A stretch of DNA of 62,401 bases, filler included, from Chrysochromulina tobinii (taxonomy: Eukaryota): NCBI GenBank assembly GCA_001275005.1. It is 5 parts of 5 records of this genome, joined end to end, with 100 filler letters (N's around TTAATTAATTAA, not from the genome) between each part and the next. Parts side by side here need not be neighbours in the genome. Positions count along the whole stretch, not along the records: positions 32,878 to 51,605 come from JWZX01001058.1; 4 more parts are not named here. The stretch is one strand, 5' to 3'. Positions within the stretch are counted from its first letter, which is position 1; the number at the start of each line of letters is the position of its first letter. Under the pieces are notes generated by a model. It was not told where the DNA came from. It made no database searches and worked only from the letters and a program-made list of their open reading frames with translations. This document shows, piece after piece, positions 32,878 through 44,952 of the stretch. The position numbers and the translations under genes were made by a program.

Positions 32878-35800
32878 GGGATGGGCGGGGAGGGGAAGGA
32901 CGAGCGGCTGGGGCGTCGTTATAGCGTCGTATTACATGACGGTCGGCGGCCGAGCAAGAGGAGCCCATCGCGGCCTTCCACACATCACTCGACTCAAGCC
33001 GCTCGTCGATGAGCTCCTGCGCGTTCATGTCCTTTCGGATCGCTCGCGCCGCCTGAATCTCGGCGGCGAGGGAGGAGTTGCCGTGCATGCAAGCCTTGCC
33101 GAGCAGCGCCCTGCGCATCTGGCGAGCCAGCAAGGCCCGTGTGAGCGAGAGGGCGCCAACTTGGAGTGCCCACATGATCGCGAAACGAATCCACATGGTG
33201 GGCAGCTCGCACGGCGTGATTAAGACGACGTTCTCGAGCTCCTCGAGGGTGTAGTAGCCATCCCGCCACACGAAGAAGGACACAATCGAGGGGACCACGA
33301 TGCCCGAGCAGTAGATGGCGATGTCGAACTGCACACTGAGGCGCGCGATGAACTGGAGCTTGAAGATGGGGTCGTTTGCGGGGTCGGAGCCGAGCATACG
33401 CTGCTTGAGCCCGATCTTGCTCAAGACCCAGTCGGTCCCTCTCTGCAGTAAAGCGGATGTGGAGCCCGAGACGGTCATGATGGTGTTGATCTGCGTCACA
33501 CACTGAATGAGCACCCACGACGGATCCACCGCCACCCTCATGTTGTTCAAGTTGAAGATGGCGTTGTTCAGCACGTATTGGAGCACCATGAAGGGGAAGA
33601 GGAAGATAGGCATCGTGTTAGGCGGCGCGACAAATTTCAAGCACGTGGTGCCGAAATACATGAGCAAGTTGACAGTGATGATGTGCACAAGAGATCCAAA
33701 CGCGGGCGCAATCGTCGAGCCAGGCCCCATCGCGTTGACGATACGAGCGAAGCTGAACACGTCGAACGAGGCAACACGCGCGCAGACACGGTAGAGGACG
33801 GACACGAAGAAGAGGGCGTAGTTGATCGAGTACTGAGGCGGGTGCGTCTCCGGACGTGAGTCGTACAGAAGGACGGCGATGCTCGGCAGGAGATACACGA
33901 GCCATGAGCTCCAGTACAACCATGGATTCATGGGGATGACCTGGTCGCTGACCGGCAAGAACCAATAGTGCTCGGTGATCGCCATCGCCATCATCCAAAA
34001 GATCGTCGTCATGAAAATGGGCGTCTCGAAGGCCGTGAGTCGTCCGCGGCGCGCCTTGTACTGCAGCCAGCGACGCGCAAACATCTGAATCGACGTTGAG
34101 GCGTGCGGGCCACCTGGGATGGAACAGTTTTTACATTGGCATGCCCACCTCGGCCTCTTGGGCCGCTTCTTTTGCACATGCTTCTTCTGCACGTGAGTGA
34201 GAGCCTCTAGGCTCGGGCTGCTCGGTGGGCTCGGCGGCAGCGACGTGTCATTGGGGCGGGGGGTGCACACAGCTCTCCGCCGTGACCCCTCTTCCAAATC
34301 ACCGTGAGCCTCGTTGTTGGGCGGCAAGGGCGGTGAGGGCGATGAGCAGGGCGGGGAGGGCGCCGGCGACGGCAACAGGACGGCACCTTTCCCATCCGTC
34401 AAGTCCTTCTCCGCCGACATGGTGGCGATGGACCCATACATCTCAACCTTGTTCTTCTTGACCGTTGAGGACGAGCTGCCCTTCCTCGCGCCCTTCCCCA
34501 CTTTTAGGGACTGCCCTGTGCGCCACCTGTCGTCGAGGAGCAGGGCGCTCTTCTTGTTGAAGTGAATGATGAGCAGCGGTGTGACTATCCCATAGACCGC
34601 GTGACAGAGGTACTCGCCCGTGGCGCGCACGTGCAGAACTTCAGCGTATTCGAAGGAGGAGGTGATGGCCATCATCAAAGTGAAGACAAAGATGATGCCG
34701 CTGAGCCACACGCGAAGGTACTGGAAGCAAACCTTAGACATGACCGTCTCTCCTGTCGAGAAGATCAGCTTGTAGGTCATGTACGACAGAAGGGAGCAAT
34801 AGAAGCACACGGAGAACACTTCGAAGGCGGCGCGGTTGCCATACGCGAGGGAGGCAAGCGCGATGGGGATAGCCACGGATGCCCCGCCGATGGCCGCAGG
34901 GATGCTCAACTGCAACAAAACGATCTTCAACCTCGACACGTTCGCAACTTCTTTGCCAATGCCGATCAGGCGCTTCACCTCTTCATGCTCGATATGGGAA
35001 AGGTGCTTCGCTTTCTGAGTGAGCGCGATGTCGAACTGCCGAGCGCCCCAAGCGAGTCCAGCCATCTCAAGCGCAGAGTCTGAAGCGTCTCGTATTCCGC
35101 CTGGCAAGCTTGCCCTGCGCCGCTGAGGAGCCTCGACGCCTGAGTCTTTCGCCTGAGCCTCGTCAGTGTTTTGCCTGTCCCTAAGCCGCTGCTGCTTCGC
35201 CGCGGCCACTGGGTCGAGGCTGAAGTACTCCCATCGGTCCGTCATACGGTACAGGAAGCAACCGTCTGCGCGCGGTGGCGTCCGGAGGAGCACATACACA
35301 CACAGAGCCGTCAGACCAGCTAAACCAGCGGTACAAGCAGCGGCGCAGCGGCGCAGCGGCGCAGCGGCTCGCGGCGGCGGCGGCGGCATCGACCGCGGCG
35401 TCAAGTGTTCAAGGGGGCGAGGGCAGCAAGGGGGCGAGGTGGGCGTGGCAAAGGGGGACGTACACGGGTAGCTCGCCGTGCTTGAAGGGTTCTTGAGGTC
35501 GAGCGAGTGCTGCCCGTCGAAGAGCTCGTTGCCTCTGATCCACCCGAACTGCTCGCACCCCTCCGACTGCAGCGCGTCGATGGTCATGTCGGCCATCCGC
35601 TCTTGCGCGATCATCCCGGCGATGCCCGCATCCGAGGCCGGGTGGGGGCCAGTGTACGTAAAGTGGATGGGCGCGGTATTCGACATGACAAAGGCATTGG
35701 CGCGCAGGAAGTTGTACGCATCGTCGAAGTAGCAGTAGCCTCCCATCAGCAGCAGGAACGCCCACGGGTCGTTCTGCCCGAAGTGCATCTCTTCCAAGAC

Positions 35801-36427
35801 GCCCTCGAGCCCGCTCAGTGGATTCAGAAAGCCGTAGAGGGTCGCCTTCGCGGGGGCAACGCCGCGGCGTGCCTCGAGGGGCAGCAAAAGCTCGCTGACC
35901 GGGGAGATGAGTGTCTCGAGCTCTATCCCGTGGGCAATCCCGCCCTCTTTGAAGATCAGCTTCATCTGGTTGGTCGCCTTGATCGACGAGCCCAACTGGA
36001 TCGTCCTCTTCTGGTTCTTCACTCGTGAGACGCGCCCTAGAAAGAACTCCTCGCCGGTGAGGTCATCCTTGGAGTACGCAAACATGCCGACGCACGGCGC
36101 CTTGCCCTTCAAATTCAAGTCCAGATGGAGGTCGTGGTCCGGCGGGAGCATCTCGCGGGTAGCACGGCCGCCTCCCGGGGAGGTGGCCACAGGGAGGTTG
36201 GGCATCAAGAGCTCGCCCCATCCGACGGCTTTGCCCAGGAGCATCGTCATGATGAACGGTGGGCCCACGATTTTGCAGACGCTCACTGTGTGAATCGGAT
36301 CGCTGCTCCACTGGATCTCCAGCTTTATGTCGCCCGCATCCATCAGATGCAGCGTGATGGATCGACGGCCGTCGTTCTCCTCCTCAGAGTGCGAGCTGGT
36401 CGACGAGCTGGCGCCACGGGAGTACAT
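32878..36427 (-). CDS. Large polytopic membrane protein with soluble N-terminal domain; 3' end truncated
   Basis: About 1180-aa ORF with roughly 12 hydrophobic helices; probable in-frame 198-nt GT-AG intron 35266-35463. Confidence 0.75.
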
Positions 36428-36845
36428 TACATTGCGTCCGTCGCACGATATCTCGCACCCCGATACCTACTGTACGGGAAAACGGTAACGTCAACAGAAT
36501 AAAAAAAACCAACATCCCGTGTCTCGTTTAGTGTCTCCGGACTGCCGGCGCGCACTCCGGTCTCCGGCCGGTCGGGGCCGGGAGGCGGGCGAGCGGGACC
36601 CGTGGCGTTGCGGCGCCTTGCCCGCGCGTTGGCCGTTGCGGCCCGGATGCGCGGATCCGGATGGTACACACCGCTAGGGTGTGTGGACTCCGCCGCTCCC
36701 TCGGCGGGGCCGCGGCCGCGTGGGCGCGCCATGTAGCATCCAATTCGGGATCCACGCCCTCCTCGGTCTCCGGTCTGGTCCCGTAACGGGTCCCGCACAG
36801 TACCGGGTGCCGTCCTGGGTCCCTACTCATCGTCCGCACACGTCC

Positions 36846-37997
36846 CTACATGTTGAGCGCATTGATCGAGAAGCGCTCATTCGTCTTGGGCCGCCGCTTG
36901 ATATGCTCCGACATCACCTCGACGTCGTCCTGCCCCATCGCCTCTTTCGCTTGCATGTCTCGCTTGCCCATCGCCGCTGGTGCCACCGTGTCACGCGCGA
37001 GTGCGTCGACGAATTCCTTGTAGTTGACCTCGCCGTTGCCGTCGTCGTCACATGCAGCGATGAGCTCGTCGAGCTTGGCGTTATCGATCGGGATGTTCCA
37101 CAGATCGAGCGCGCGCGCAAGTTCCTTTTTATTGAGCGTGCCCGAGCGATCGAGGTCCACGTACTGGAAGGCCTTCATCATGTTCGAGAAGCGCGAGTTG
37201 AGACCCTCAACAGCCGATCTTACCATCGCGCTGTTCTTCTTGAGCGCGGAGCGGTCGATGGGCTGGTTGGCCGGAGGGGGCGCAACTGCCGTTAGAACAA
37301 CTGCCGCCGCCTTATTCTCAACAGGTGCGAAGGACACAGTGCTCGACGGTGTGGTGCTGCTTGCCGTCCTCCCCTTAGTCCTCCCCCCGCCCATGTGATC
37401 CGTACTCGACGAGGAGGCAGCGAGCGCCGGCGGCCGACCCACCTGCTTGCGCCGATGGCGCTCCATGATCTCCCGAGTCTTCTCGGCGGCTTGGATCGCG
37501 CAGCGCCGCTGGAGGAGCTCGGCCGCCGACGCACTCGTGCCGAGGGGGTAGCGGCTCGGGGGGTACCGATCCATCTGCAGATCGCCCTCGAGTAGCGCGA
37601 GGTCATGCTTGGAGGCCGCGATGGGATCTTCCCAGCGGAGGTTGGGTGTCACCGCGATCGACGAAGGAATCGACCGAAACGAGCCGTCGGAGCCGTGGAG
37701 AGCACGAGGCTTGGACTGGGTGCCGTGCGACCGGAGCGATGCTCTCGACGCTGCATAGCCTGTCACGAGGCGATCGACCGAGCGCTCATGCTCCCTCTCA
37801 ACCTGTGCCTTCCATATCGTGCGTTGGCGGACTTGCATCTGAGTGAGTGGTTCGATGCCGCTAGTTGGGACCGCAGAGGCTGGTCGAGAAAAGAAGCGGA
37901 GGTCGGTCGGCGCGACCGTTGTCGCCGAGATGCGTGCATTCGTGCGCTTGTCGAAGTAGGTAACCCGCACGCCGTCGGGCACTTCGATGATCGGCAT
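36846..37997 (-). CDS. EF-hand calcium-binding protein (C-terminal EF-hand pair)
   Basis: Canonical loops DLDRSGTLNKKE and DDDGNGEVNYKE. Confidence 0.85.
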   Translation of the reverse strand: MPIIEVPDGVRVTYFDKRTNARISATTVAPTDLRFFSRPASAVPTSGIEPLTQMQVRQRTIWKAQVEREHERSVDRLVTGYAASRASLRSHGTQSKPRALHGSDGSFRSIPSSIAVTPNLRWEDPIAASKHDLALLEGDLQMDRYPPSRYPLGTSASAAELLQRRCAIQAAEKTREIMERHRRKQVGRPPALAASSSSTDHMGGGRTKGRTASSTTPSSTVSFAPVENKAAAVVLTAVAPPPANQPIDRSALKKNSAMVRSAVEGLNSRFSNMMKAFQYVDLDRSGTLNKKELARALDLWNIPIDNAKLDELIAACDDDGNGEVNYKEFVDALARDTVAPAAMGKRDMQAKEAMGQDDVEVMSEHIKRRPKTNERFSINALNM

Positions 37998-38325
37998 CGG
38001 AATATGGATGGTTGGTCGAGGCCCTTGTCCCGTGCCCTTGTCGAGGCCTTCAAGAGCGACATATCAAATCGCGAACCGGCGCATCGACAATGCATGCATA
38101 TTTTTCAGAATGTCGCAATCTTGTACCACGTATCCGCCCGTTGAACCCGCGGTTCTTTGCGCCTCGCGACTCGACTTGACAGACAGGACTTGGAAGTGTC
38201 ACAGGAAGGACAAAACTTCGCGTTTTGGGTTAGTTATATGCTCCACGCCGCGCCGCGACCCCGGCCCGCCGCGCGACGCACGCACGCTCCGCAAAACCAC
38301 ACCTTAGAGAGCAAAGAAGCACCAG

Positions 38326-40677
38326 ATGAAATTGCGCGGCGACGACCGTTCGTTCCGAGGGATGCGCGTGAGCGACAGCAGCCTGCTCACGTACGTGGAC
38401 GACCTGAGGAACTGCTGCTCGGAGCTTGCAAACGTTCACGACGGCCACAGCTCCGGAGCGGTCACTCCGCGCTTCATCCCCGAGCTCATCGTCGCTCCGT
38501 TTGCCGACGCGTCGTACGCGGAGAACAAGCGATATCAGGTGCAGCTTGCTGGTGAGCTCTGGCGTGTGCGCCGACGGATACGTGCGCTCGATGAGGCATG
38601 TGCGGCGCCTCCGGCGCCGTTGCCGGAGGCTCCCGCGCCGGCCATCAAAAGTTGGTTCTCGAGCACAGCGCTGGTGGTGCCTCGCGATCTGCCACCACCG
38701 TGGGAGCAGCGCGCCGTGGTGCGCGAAATGGCCCTGCGCGCCGCCGTCGAGGCCTTGCAAGCCACGGGTGCGTCCTCCGCTCAGGGCGAAGCGCGCGCGC
38801 CGCGCGACGAGGCTGACTTGACAGTGTTGCTGTCGGAGATGTACTCCCGCAAGCACGATGGCGGCGGCGCGACCACTGTGCACGGCTTCACGCCGGTATT
38901 CACGGGCATCGCGCTGGACGACGCCACCTACACGTGCTGGCTCGTCGTCGTGCAGCACGCGCTCAGCCGTCGGATCGCCGCCGTGCTGGTCGCGTTGCGC
39001 AAGCGACGGCCGCCGCACCCAGAGAGCCTCGAGCGGCTTGCATTTGCATGCATCGGATCGCATGTGCCGCTAGGCGCGAGCGCCGAGACGGCGGAGGGCG
39101 TGCGGCTGCGTGTGGCTGTGCTCGAAGCTTTCGAAGCGTGGCGCGCGCCTTCCTCGCCGCCCGAGCCACGCCGTCTGCTCGTGGCGCGATGCGAGTCGCT
39201 GGTGTGGCCGTTTGAGCTCTGCAAAGCCGCCCTGCCGCTGCGTCCTTCGTGCCATGCGGTGCTCGTGCAGGCCGGCGACGCGGTCGTTGAGCTGGCCGTG
39301 GCGGCGCTGCTGGCCGACAGTGCACCGCTGCGGGCCCATGTGGACGAGGCTGTGGGAAGACTACATGAGGCCCTCACCCGCGCTGCTGCCCTGCACGCCC
39401 ACGACGGCGCCCGTGCGGGCGAGTGGGAGCCTCTGACGTGGCGCCATCGCCTCTCGACGCGCCTGGCCTTCGAGCTGAGCCAGCGCGCGGAGCTGCTCGC
39501 GCTCCCGATGCCCGCGCCGCTGCCGCTTGGCGAGGCGGCGAGGAAGCTCGGCAGCGCCGCCAAGCAGCTCATCGACGGGTTTGGAGGGGGGGGGCGCCGC
39601 GCGAAGGCTGCAGAGGTGGTGGCGGTGGAGGCCTTTGCGGCGGCAGCCGTTGGCACGGCGGTGGACGGAACGACGGCGACGAAGGCGGCGGCGGCGGCGG
39701 GGTCCGCGGCGGACGACGACGCGGTCGCATGGGGCGGAGGGCTACTCACCCTGCTCCGTCTGCATGCGCACACGCGCTGCAGCGGCGCCGCGCGGCGTGC
39801 CCTCGGCACCCTACTGGACTACCTGCTGCACCTCACCCCATCGACCGACTTTTATCGCGCGCCCGACTTGCAGCCGCCGCCGAGTGTCGGCAGCAGTGTC
39901 GTCGCCGCCGCCACCAGTGGCGCCGGCGGCACGATTAGCCGAGGGAGGACTACCCACAATATAAGCCGGGGGAGGACCGCACACAATGTGGCTCTTCTCA
40001 AGGCCATGGGCTCGGACGCATTGGACGAAATTGACGAATTGGACGCGCTGGACTGGACGACGCCTCGAGCACTTCACAAGGTCGGCGGCGCGCCACTCAA
40101 CCAGATCGACGAATGCCTGCAGGTTCGTCAATTGCTTCTGAGCGCTTCTCTGAGTGCCACTGAGTGCCACTGAGTGCCACTGAGTGCCACTGAGTGCCAC
40201 TGAGTGCCACTGAGTGCCACTGATCGATCGACGAGTGCCTGCACGCTGCAGCCTGTCGCGGGCGGCGTCGGGCTAGCCGCTCACCTCGACCTGATAGCTG
40301 GTCTGCGCGCCACCGACGGCACGGTCGTCGAGCTGATGGCGCTCCCCGCGACGGAGGCGCCGCCCGCGCTGCGGCGCACCACGCGCAATGGCTTCGAATG
40401 CATGCAGTACTGCTGCAATCTCGAGGTGCTCTCCCTGATGATCCGATCTGGCTACCTCAAGATCCGGGCGGGCTCAGAGGCCTACGGTGGCTTTCTCGAG
40501 TCGGCTCTGGCGGGATGCGCACCCCTTCGAGGCGAAATCGGCGTGGCGGCGGGGACGCCGCAAGAGGCCCCGCAAGAGACCCCCTTGTTTGTGCGCCTCG
40601 TCCTGACGCGGGCTGCGAGGGAGCGGGACAGCGGAGGTGCGTCGTTGATGGTCATCTCGAAGTCGGACCTACGATAA
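38326..40677 (+). CDS. Hypothetical protein, two exons
   Basis: ORFs 38326 and 40204 join in frame through GT-AG intron 40123-40251 containing (TGAGTGCCAC)n. Confidence 0.65.
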
Positions 40678-40820
40678 CAGCCTCCGCTCTTCATGGCTCT
40701 TGGATCTCTGGCGACTTCTGCTGTTGGTGCGACGAAATTTCGGTAGTGTTTCAGTTGATTTTTTCCCCACAGGCCCTCCTTACGCTTCGGGACAGCAGGG
40801 AGGACGTCTAGAGAAGTGCT

Positions 40821-41924
40821 ATGGGGGGCCTCTTCCTCGTGGTCGTCGCACTGGGCAGGAGCAAGCTCCTGACATTACCGGCGAAGAAGCTGGTCGACCT
40901 CCGCTACGAAGGTTCGCCCCCCCCGTCGCCCCACCCGTCGTGCACGTACAATGTCGACGTGGGCACGCTCATCGACGTGCCGACGTCAGAACACGATCGG
41001 ATCGTTTGCCTGCACGTGGGCAAGCTGCCCAACGTCCCTTCCATCATCATCTCCTTCCGGCAGAAGCACTCGGAAAACCACCTGTGCATCGAGTCGCAGG
41101 GGCAGGAGGGGCAGTTTTGCGACGAGAGCCCGTCCAACCAAAAGGTCGCGTTGCGCCTCTTCTCCCCCACGCTGGAACATAAATATACATTCAACGTCGT
41201 CGGTGCGGGGTCGGCCTCAGATCCCCAAGGGGACATCGTGATCGAGGTGATCCCCGACTCGAGCTACCCGTCGCCGCCGCTTCCCCCGGGACACCACGCC
41301 CCCCCGCCGCCACCCACCGCCGAGTGCGACGACTATGAGCTCTACGCGCTCGCGATGTGCGCGGACGATGCGATCGATATGGGCTGCGACATCTCGACGC
41401 GCGAGGCGGAGCTCGAATGCCTGGATGTGGAGCAGGTGCACCTGCACAGCGAGTGCCGCAACGCGATGGAGGTTCGCGACGCATGCCTCCACAAGTTGCC
41501 CGCGCTCCTCCCAATGGAGGTTGCGTCCGCGATGCTCCTCGTCACTGCGTCGTTCACGCTGCTGTGCTCACTCCTGCGCTGCTTCTGCCGCCACTGCTGC
41601 AAGCCGCCCGCCGAGAGAGCGAGCCACCCGGCAGTCTCACTCGAGGAGGCCACCGAGGTTTCGGAAGGCTCCGAGGACGAGGAGACTCACGGCGGCGCCA
41701 GAGGGCAGCCCTCCGCCGGAGGCGCCGTCGTGGGCTCCGCAGCCGCAACGACCTCGACTCGGGCGGCACCGAAAGGGGGGAAGGCTGGGGCGGCGCAGAA
41801 GGCCGCGGCGGTTGCCGACGAGGACGAGCACGACGACCAACTGCCCGCGTACACGCAAGTCGTGGAGCACTCCGCCCTCGTCGTGCAGCCTCTGCAGTGC
41901 TCGAGCAGCGCCTCGATCAACTAA
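40821..41924 (+). CDS. Putative type I membrane protein with Cys-rich ectodomain
   Basis: Short hydrophobic N-terminus, Cys-rich segments, one TM followed by a Cys cluster, C-terminal LPAY (PY-like) motif. Confidence 0.65.
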   Translation: MGGLFLVVVALGRSKLLTLPAKKLVDLRYEGSPPPSPHPSCTYNVDVGTLIDVPTSEHDRIVCLHVGKLPNVPSIIISFRQKHSENHLCIESQGQEGQFCDESPSNQKVALRLFSPTLEHKYTFNVVGAGSASDPQGDIVIEVIPDSSYPSPPLPPGHHAPPPPPTAECDDYELYALAMCADDAIDMGCDISTREAELECLDVEQVHLHSECRNAMEVRDACLHKLPALLPMEVASAMLLVTASFTLLCSLLRCFCRHCCKPPAERASHPAVSLEEATEVSEGSEDEETHGGARGQPSAGGAVVGSAAATTSTRAAPKGGKAGAAQKAAAVADEDEHDDQLPAYTQVVEHSALVVQPLQCSSSASIN

Positions 41925-43158
41925 TTCCCCCCCTTCTTCCGAGTCCTTTTTTCCTTTTCTCGCGGCGTGCGCACGATGTTGCCCTGCGGGGTGTCCACTT
42001 TCCACTTTGGCTCTGCGGCGAGCTTGCGTTGCCCTCGATCTCCTTCGATCTCCTTCGATCTCCTTGAGAGAGGGCTGCGTTGCTGCAGCTCAGAGAGGAT
42101 CCCACGTGCGTGCGCAACCGTCCCGTCCCGGTACAACATACATATAGTGATAAGTGAGGATGCGCTCGCCCGTGTTCCATGATTGAGTGTCACATGGCTC
42201 ATGAGTCATGAGTTGCGCGCGACTGTTCCTTTATGGGGGGTCTGACCGTCTCGGCGTGGTACGGTACACGGCGATTCCGCCGGGGTGTCCCGGGACGGCC
42301 GGGAGAATTCCAGTATACGACATCGATCGGACCGCATGGACGCGACACACACGCGCCGCGCGCGAGGGCACGGAGGCGGAGCATGGCAGCACCCCGACCG
42401 GCGGCCGGTGCGCGCGGCCGCGGCGACGGGCGGCCCGTGCCCGTGCGCCGGTGGCGGGTGGCGCCTGGCGCGGTGCCGGTGGCCGGTGCGCGTCACGCAC
42501 GAGTTACTCAGGTCTCAGCCGTTTAGCCCCGCAGCCGCACGTAGGGCGCCCGGTACGGCGGAGGTTCGGTAACGATTTCCCGCTATCGGATTTGGCATTT
42601 GCGGGCCTCTGTCACCGGACCGCCCGCCGCCAACCGCCGCCCCGCCCGCCGACCGCGTAATAAAACCGAACCGCGCGGAACGGCGCCGCGGCGGATAGCC
42701 TAAAAAACGGCGCGCGCGAGGCCAGCACTGAAAGCACACTCCACGGGCTCATTGGCCGACCTCCACCTGCGCCCTCCTCCGGCGTGACCTGACTCATCTG
42801 AGAGCTGAGTAACTCCTGAGCGGCACGTACAAGACCGGACGATCGAGACGCCGCACGACACGCGGCCCCACCCGCACTGCGCACCGTGCGTGGCAGATGC
42901 GACATCACGGACACGATCATGTACCGGACATGCACCGGACATGCATGCACAAGGAACTATGCGTCTATGCCCGACACGACGCCCGACATGCGACTGCAAC
43001 GTGCAAGGCGCCATGCTCTGCCTCGTGATGTGCATTGTCCACAGTACTCCCCGCATGCATCTCCCGGAATCATCCCGGAAGCATCTCGCCCCGCCATGGT
43101 GCTTGGAGCCATGCGCCCAACACGGCGCCCAATCGCATCCCATCCCCCAAAACAAGTG

Positions 43159-44709
43159 TCACCGCGCCCCGGCCCGAGTGCGCGACGGCGCTGCGCTGCG
43201 GCCTCGGGGAGATGGCTCAGGATTTCGGCGGGGAGATGGCATCTCGGGGTTTCGGCGGCTGGGCGAGATGGCGGCCTCGGGTGAAGGAGCTCCTCCTGTG
43301 TTGAGGTGTAGATGCGTTGTCTGCAGCCGGCGGGGCGACTCACTTACCCGTGGCGTGGCTTTCGGCCGCTTCGAGGCGGAGGGCGACTTGCCACGTCGCT
43401 TGACGACGGCCGCGCTGGTACCCTCCTCCTCCTCCTCCCTCTCGCCTTCGTTGGCGGGCATCGCTGGCAGCGGCTGCGGCACGGGCGCGGCCAGCGGAGG
43501 CGAGTGCACAAACGAGGATAGGCCACTTACGCGTAGGCACAAGAGGAAGACGCCCGGCACCGCCGTGAGCCACACGCCGTAGTACGAGAAGGAGTGCCAC
43601 GCGCTCAGGATGTCCGTGAATTGGAGAAGGTTGAACGCGATTCCCGTGAAGCAGAAGCATGCCATCGTCCAGATATGGCAGGTGAAGGCGAGCAGGGCGC
43701 CGAGGACGCCGCGCGTGGCCCAAGGTGGCAGGAGCGGGAGCAATTCCGAGCGCGCGAGCGCCTCGACGTTCACCATCACAAGCATGCCCGCGAAGCACAG
43801 GTAGTAGCCCGGTTGCACGCCGTGCCAAAACGAGGAGACGAGGAAGACGGCCAGCTGGCGCGCGACGCGCGGCGTGCTACGTGGCAGCGGCCGGTAGACG
43901 TGCGCCTTGAGCCATGCCTGAACCGACATGTTCCAGCCGGCAATGTAGCCCGAGGGCGAGGTGCAGAGCTCGGTAGCGACGAGGTCGACGTTGGATGTGG
44001 AGGCGAAGCCGATCAGCAGGGCCGAGAGACGCATCACCAGCCAGCACACGTAGAAGCGCCAGCGGAACTGGAAGGAGGAGATGTAGAAGAACGAGAAGCG
44101 CGCCCACGCGGGGAACGACCAGTACTCCCATTCTTTGACGTCGAACGCGTGTTCGTAGGGGGAGAACGGGTACTTGACGCTCAGGTACAAGACGACCGCG
44201 CCGACGGCCTTGAGCGCCGCGCGCCCGAGGACGCCGGCCGTCGGCAGCGGCTGCGGCGCCCGCATCGCCTCGGACCACTGGGCGTACGTGTACCAGGGGG
44301 CTGTGAACAGGCCATGATAGCAGCACGCGTACCGGATGAGCTCGGCCGCGCTGCGAGGGCCCTCCTCCACGTCTCCAAGGGATGCAAGCCGCAGGACGAG
44401 GACGAGCAGCGCGGCGTTCGTCGCGCCTTGCGGCTCCTCGAGCACCCGCAAAATGCCTAGGTGCCCGAACGCTAGCGCAAAGGCACCCGCACGCCGCATG
44501 CTCCGTGGCGTGAAGCCGTAGTTGAGCAGCGCCAGAAGGAGCGCCACGGCCAGCTGAATGGCGCCATTGGCGCATGCTCCGACGACGAATGCGATCCCAA
44601 CGACGGCGCTCGCCGTTGCACGACTAGAGGTGGGCACCAGGCGAAGCAACGCTGACACCACCACCGATCCTACGAGGATGGCGACGTAGACCTTTTCGTC
44701 ATTCTTCAT
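43159..44709 (-). CDS. MBOAT-family lysophospholipid acyltransferase
   Basis: WNMSVQAWLKAHVYRPL and FLVSSFWHGVQPGYYLCF (catalytic His) motifs; ATG at 44709. Confidence 0.92.
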   Translation of the reverse strand: MKNDEKVYVAILVGSVVVSALLRLVPTSSRATASAVVGIAFVVGACANGAIQLAVALLLALLNYGFTPRSMRRAGAFALAFGHLGILRVLEEPQGATNAALLVLVLRLASLGDVEEGPRSAAELIRYACCYHGLFTAPWYTYAQWSEAMRAPQPLPTAGVLGRAALKAVGAVVLYLSVKYPFSPYEHAFDVKEWEYWSFPAWARFSFFYISSFQFRWRFYVCWLVMRLSALLIGFASTSNVDLVATELCTSPSGYIAGWNMSVQAWLKAHVYRPLPRSTPRVARQLAVFLVSSFWHGVQPGYYLCFAGMLVMVNVEALARSELLPLLPPWATRGVLGALLAFTCHIWTMACFCFTGIAFNLLQFTDILSAWHSFSYYGVWLTAVPGVFLLCLRVSGLSSFVHSPPLAAPVPQPLPAMPANEGEREEEEEGTSAAVVKRRGKSPSASKRPKATPRVSESPRRLQTTHLHLNTGGAPSPEAAISPSRRNPEMPSPRRNPEPSPRGRSAAPSRTRAGAR

Positions 44710-44952
44710 CTTGGACCTTCTCTGACTGCCGCACAAGGGTGCGCCTTCAAAAGTTGTTGGTGGAGCGGGCGCGATTTTGCCCAGGACGACGCGATACGCA
44801 AAGAGCCCCACGGTTCTCACAGGAAAGAGCAATCGGTCAACCGCCCGCAGTTGCGTACCCCCCGGAGTCTTTTTACCGGGTCACAGGTGCAGTATACTGC
44901 TGTGGTCGTTCACGCGATCTCGCTGGTACAGCACGGCGAGAAGTCGCGGACA

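Noticed and set aside
4177..37997. Apparent cluster of EF-hand/centrin-related or chromatin genes
   Set aside because: Genes lie on different contigs joined artificially; no real synteny
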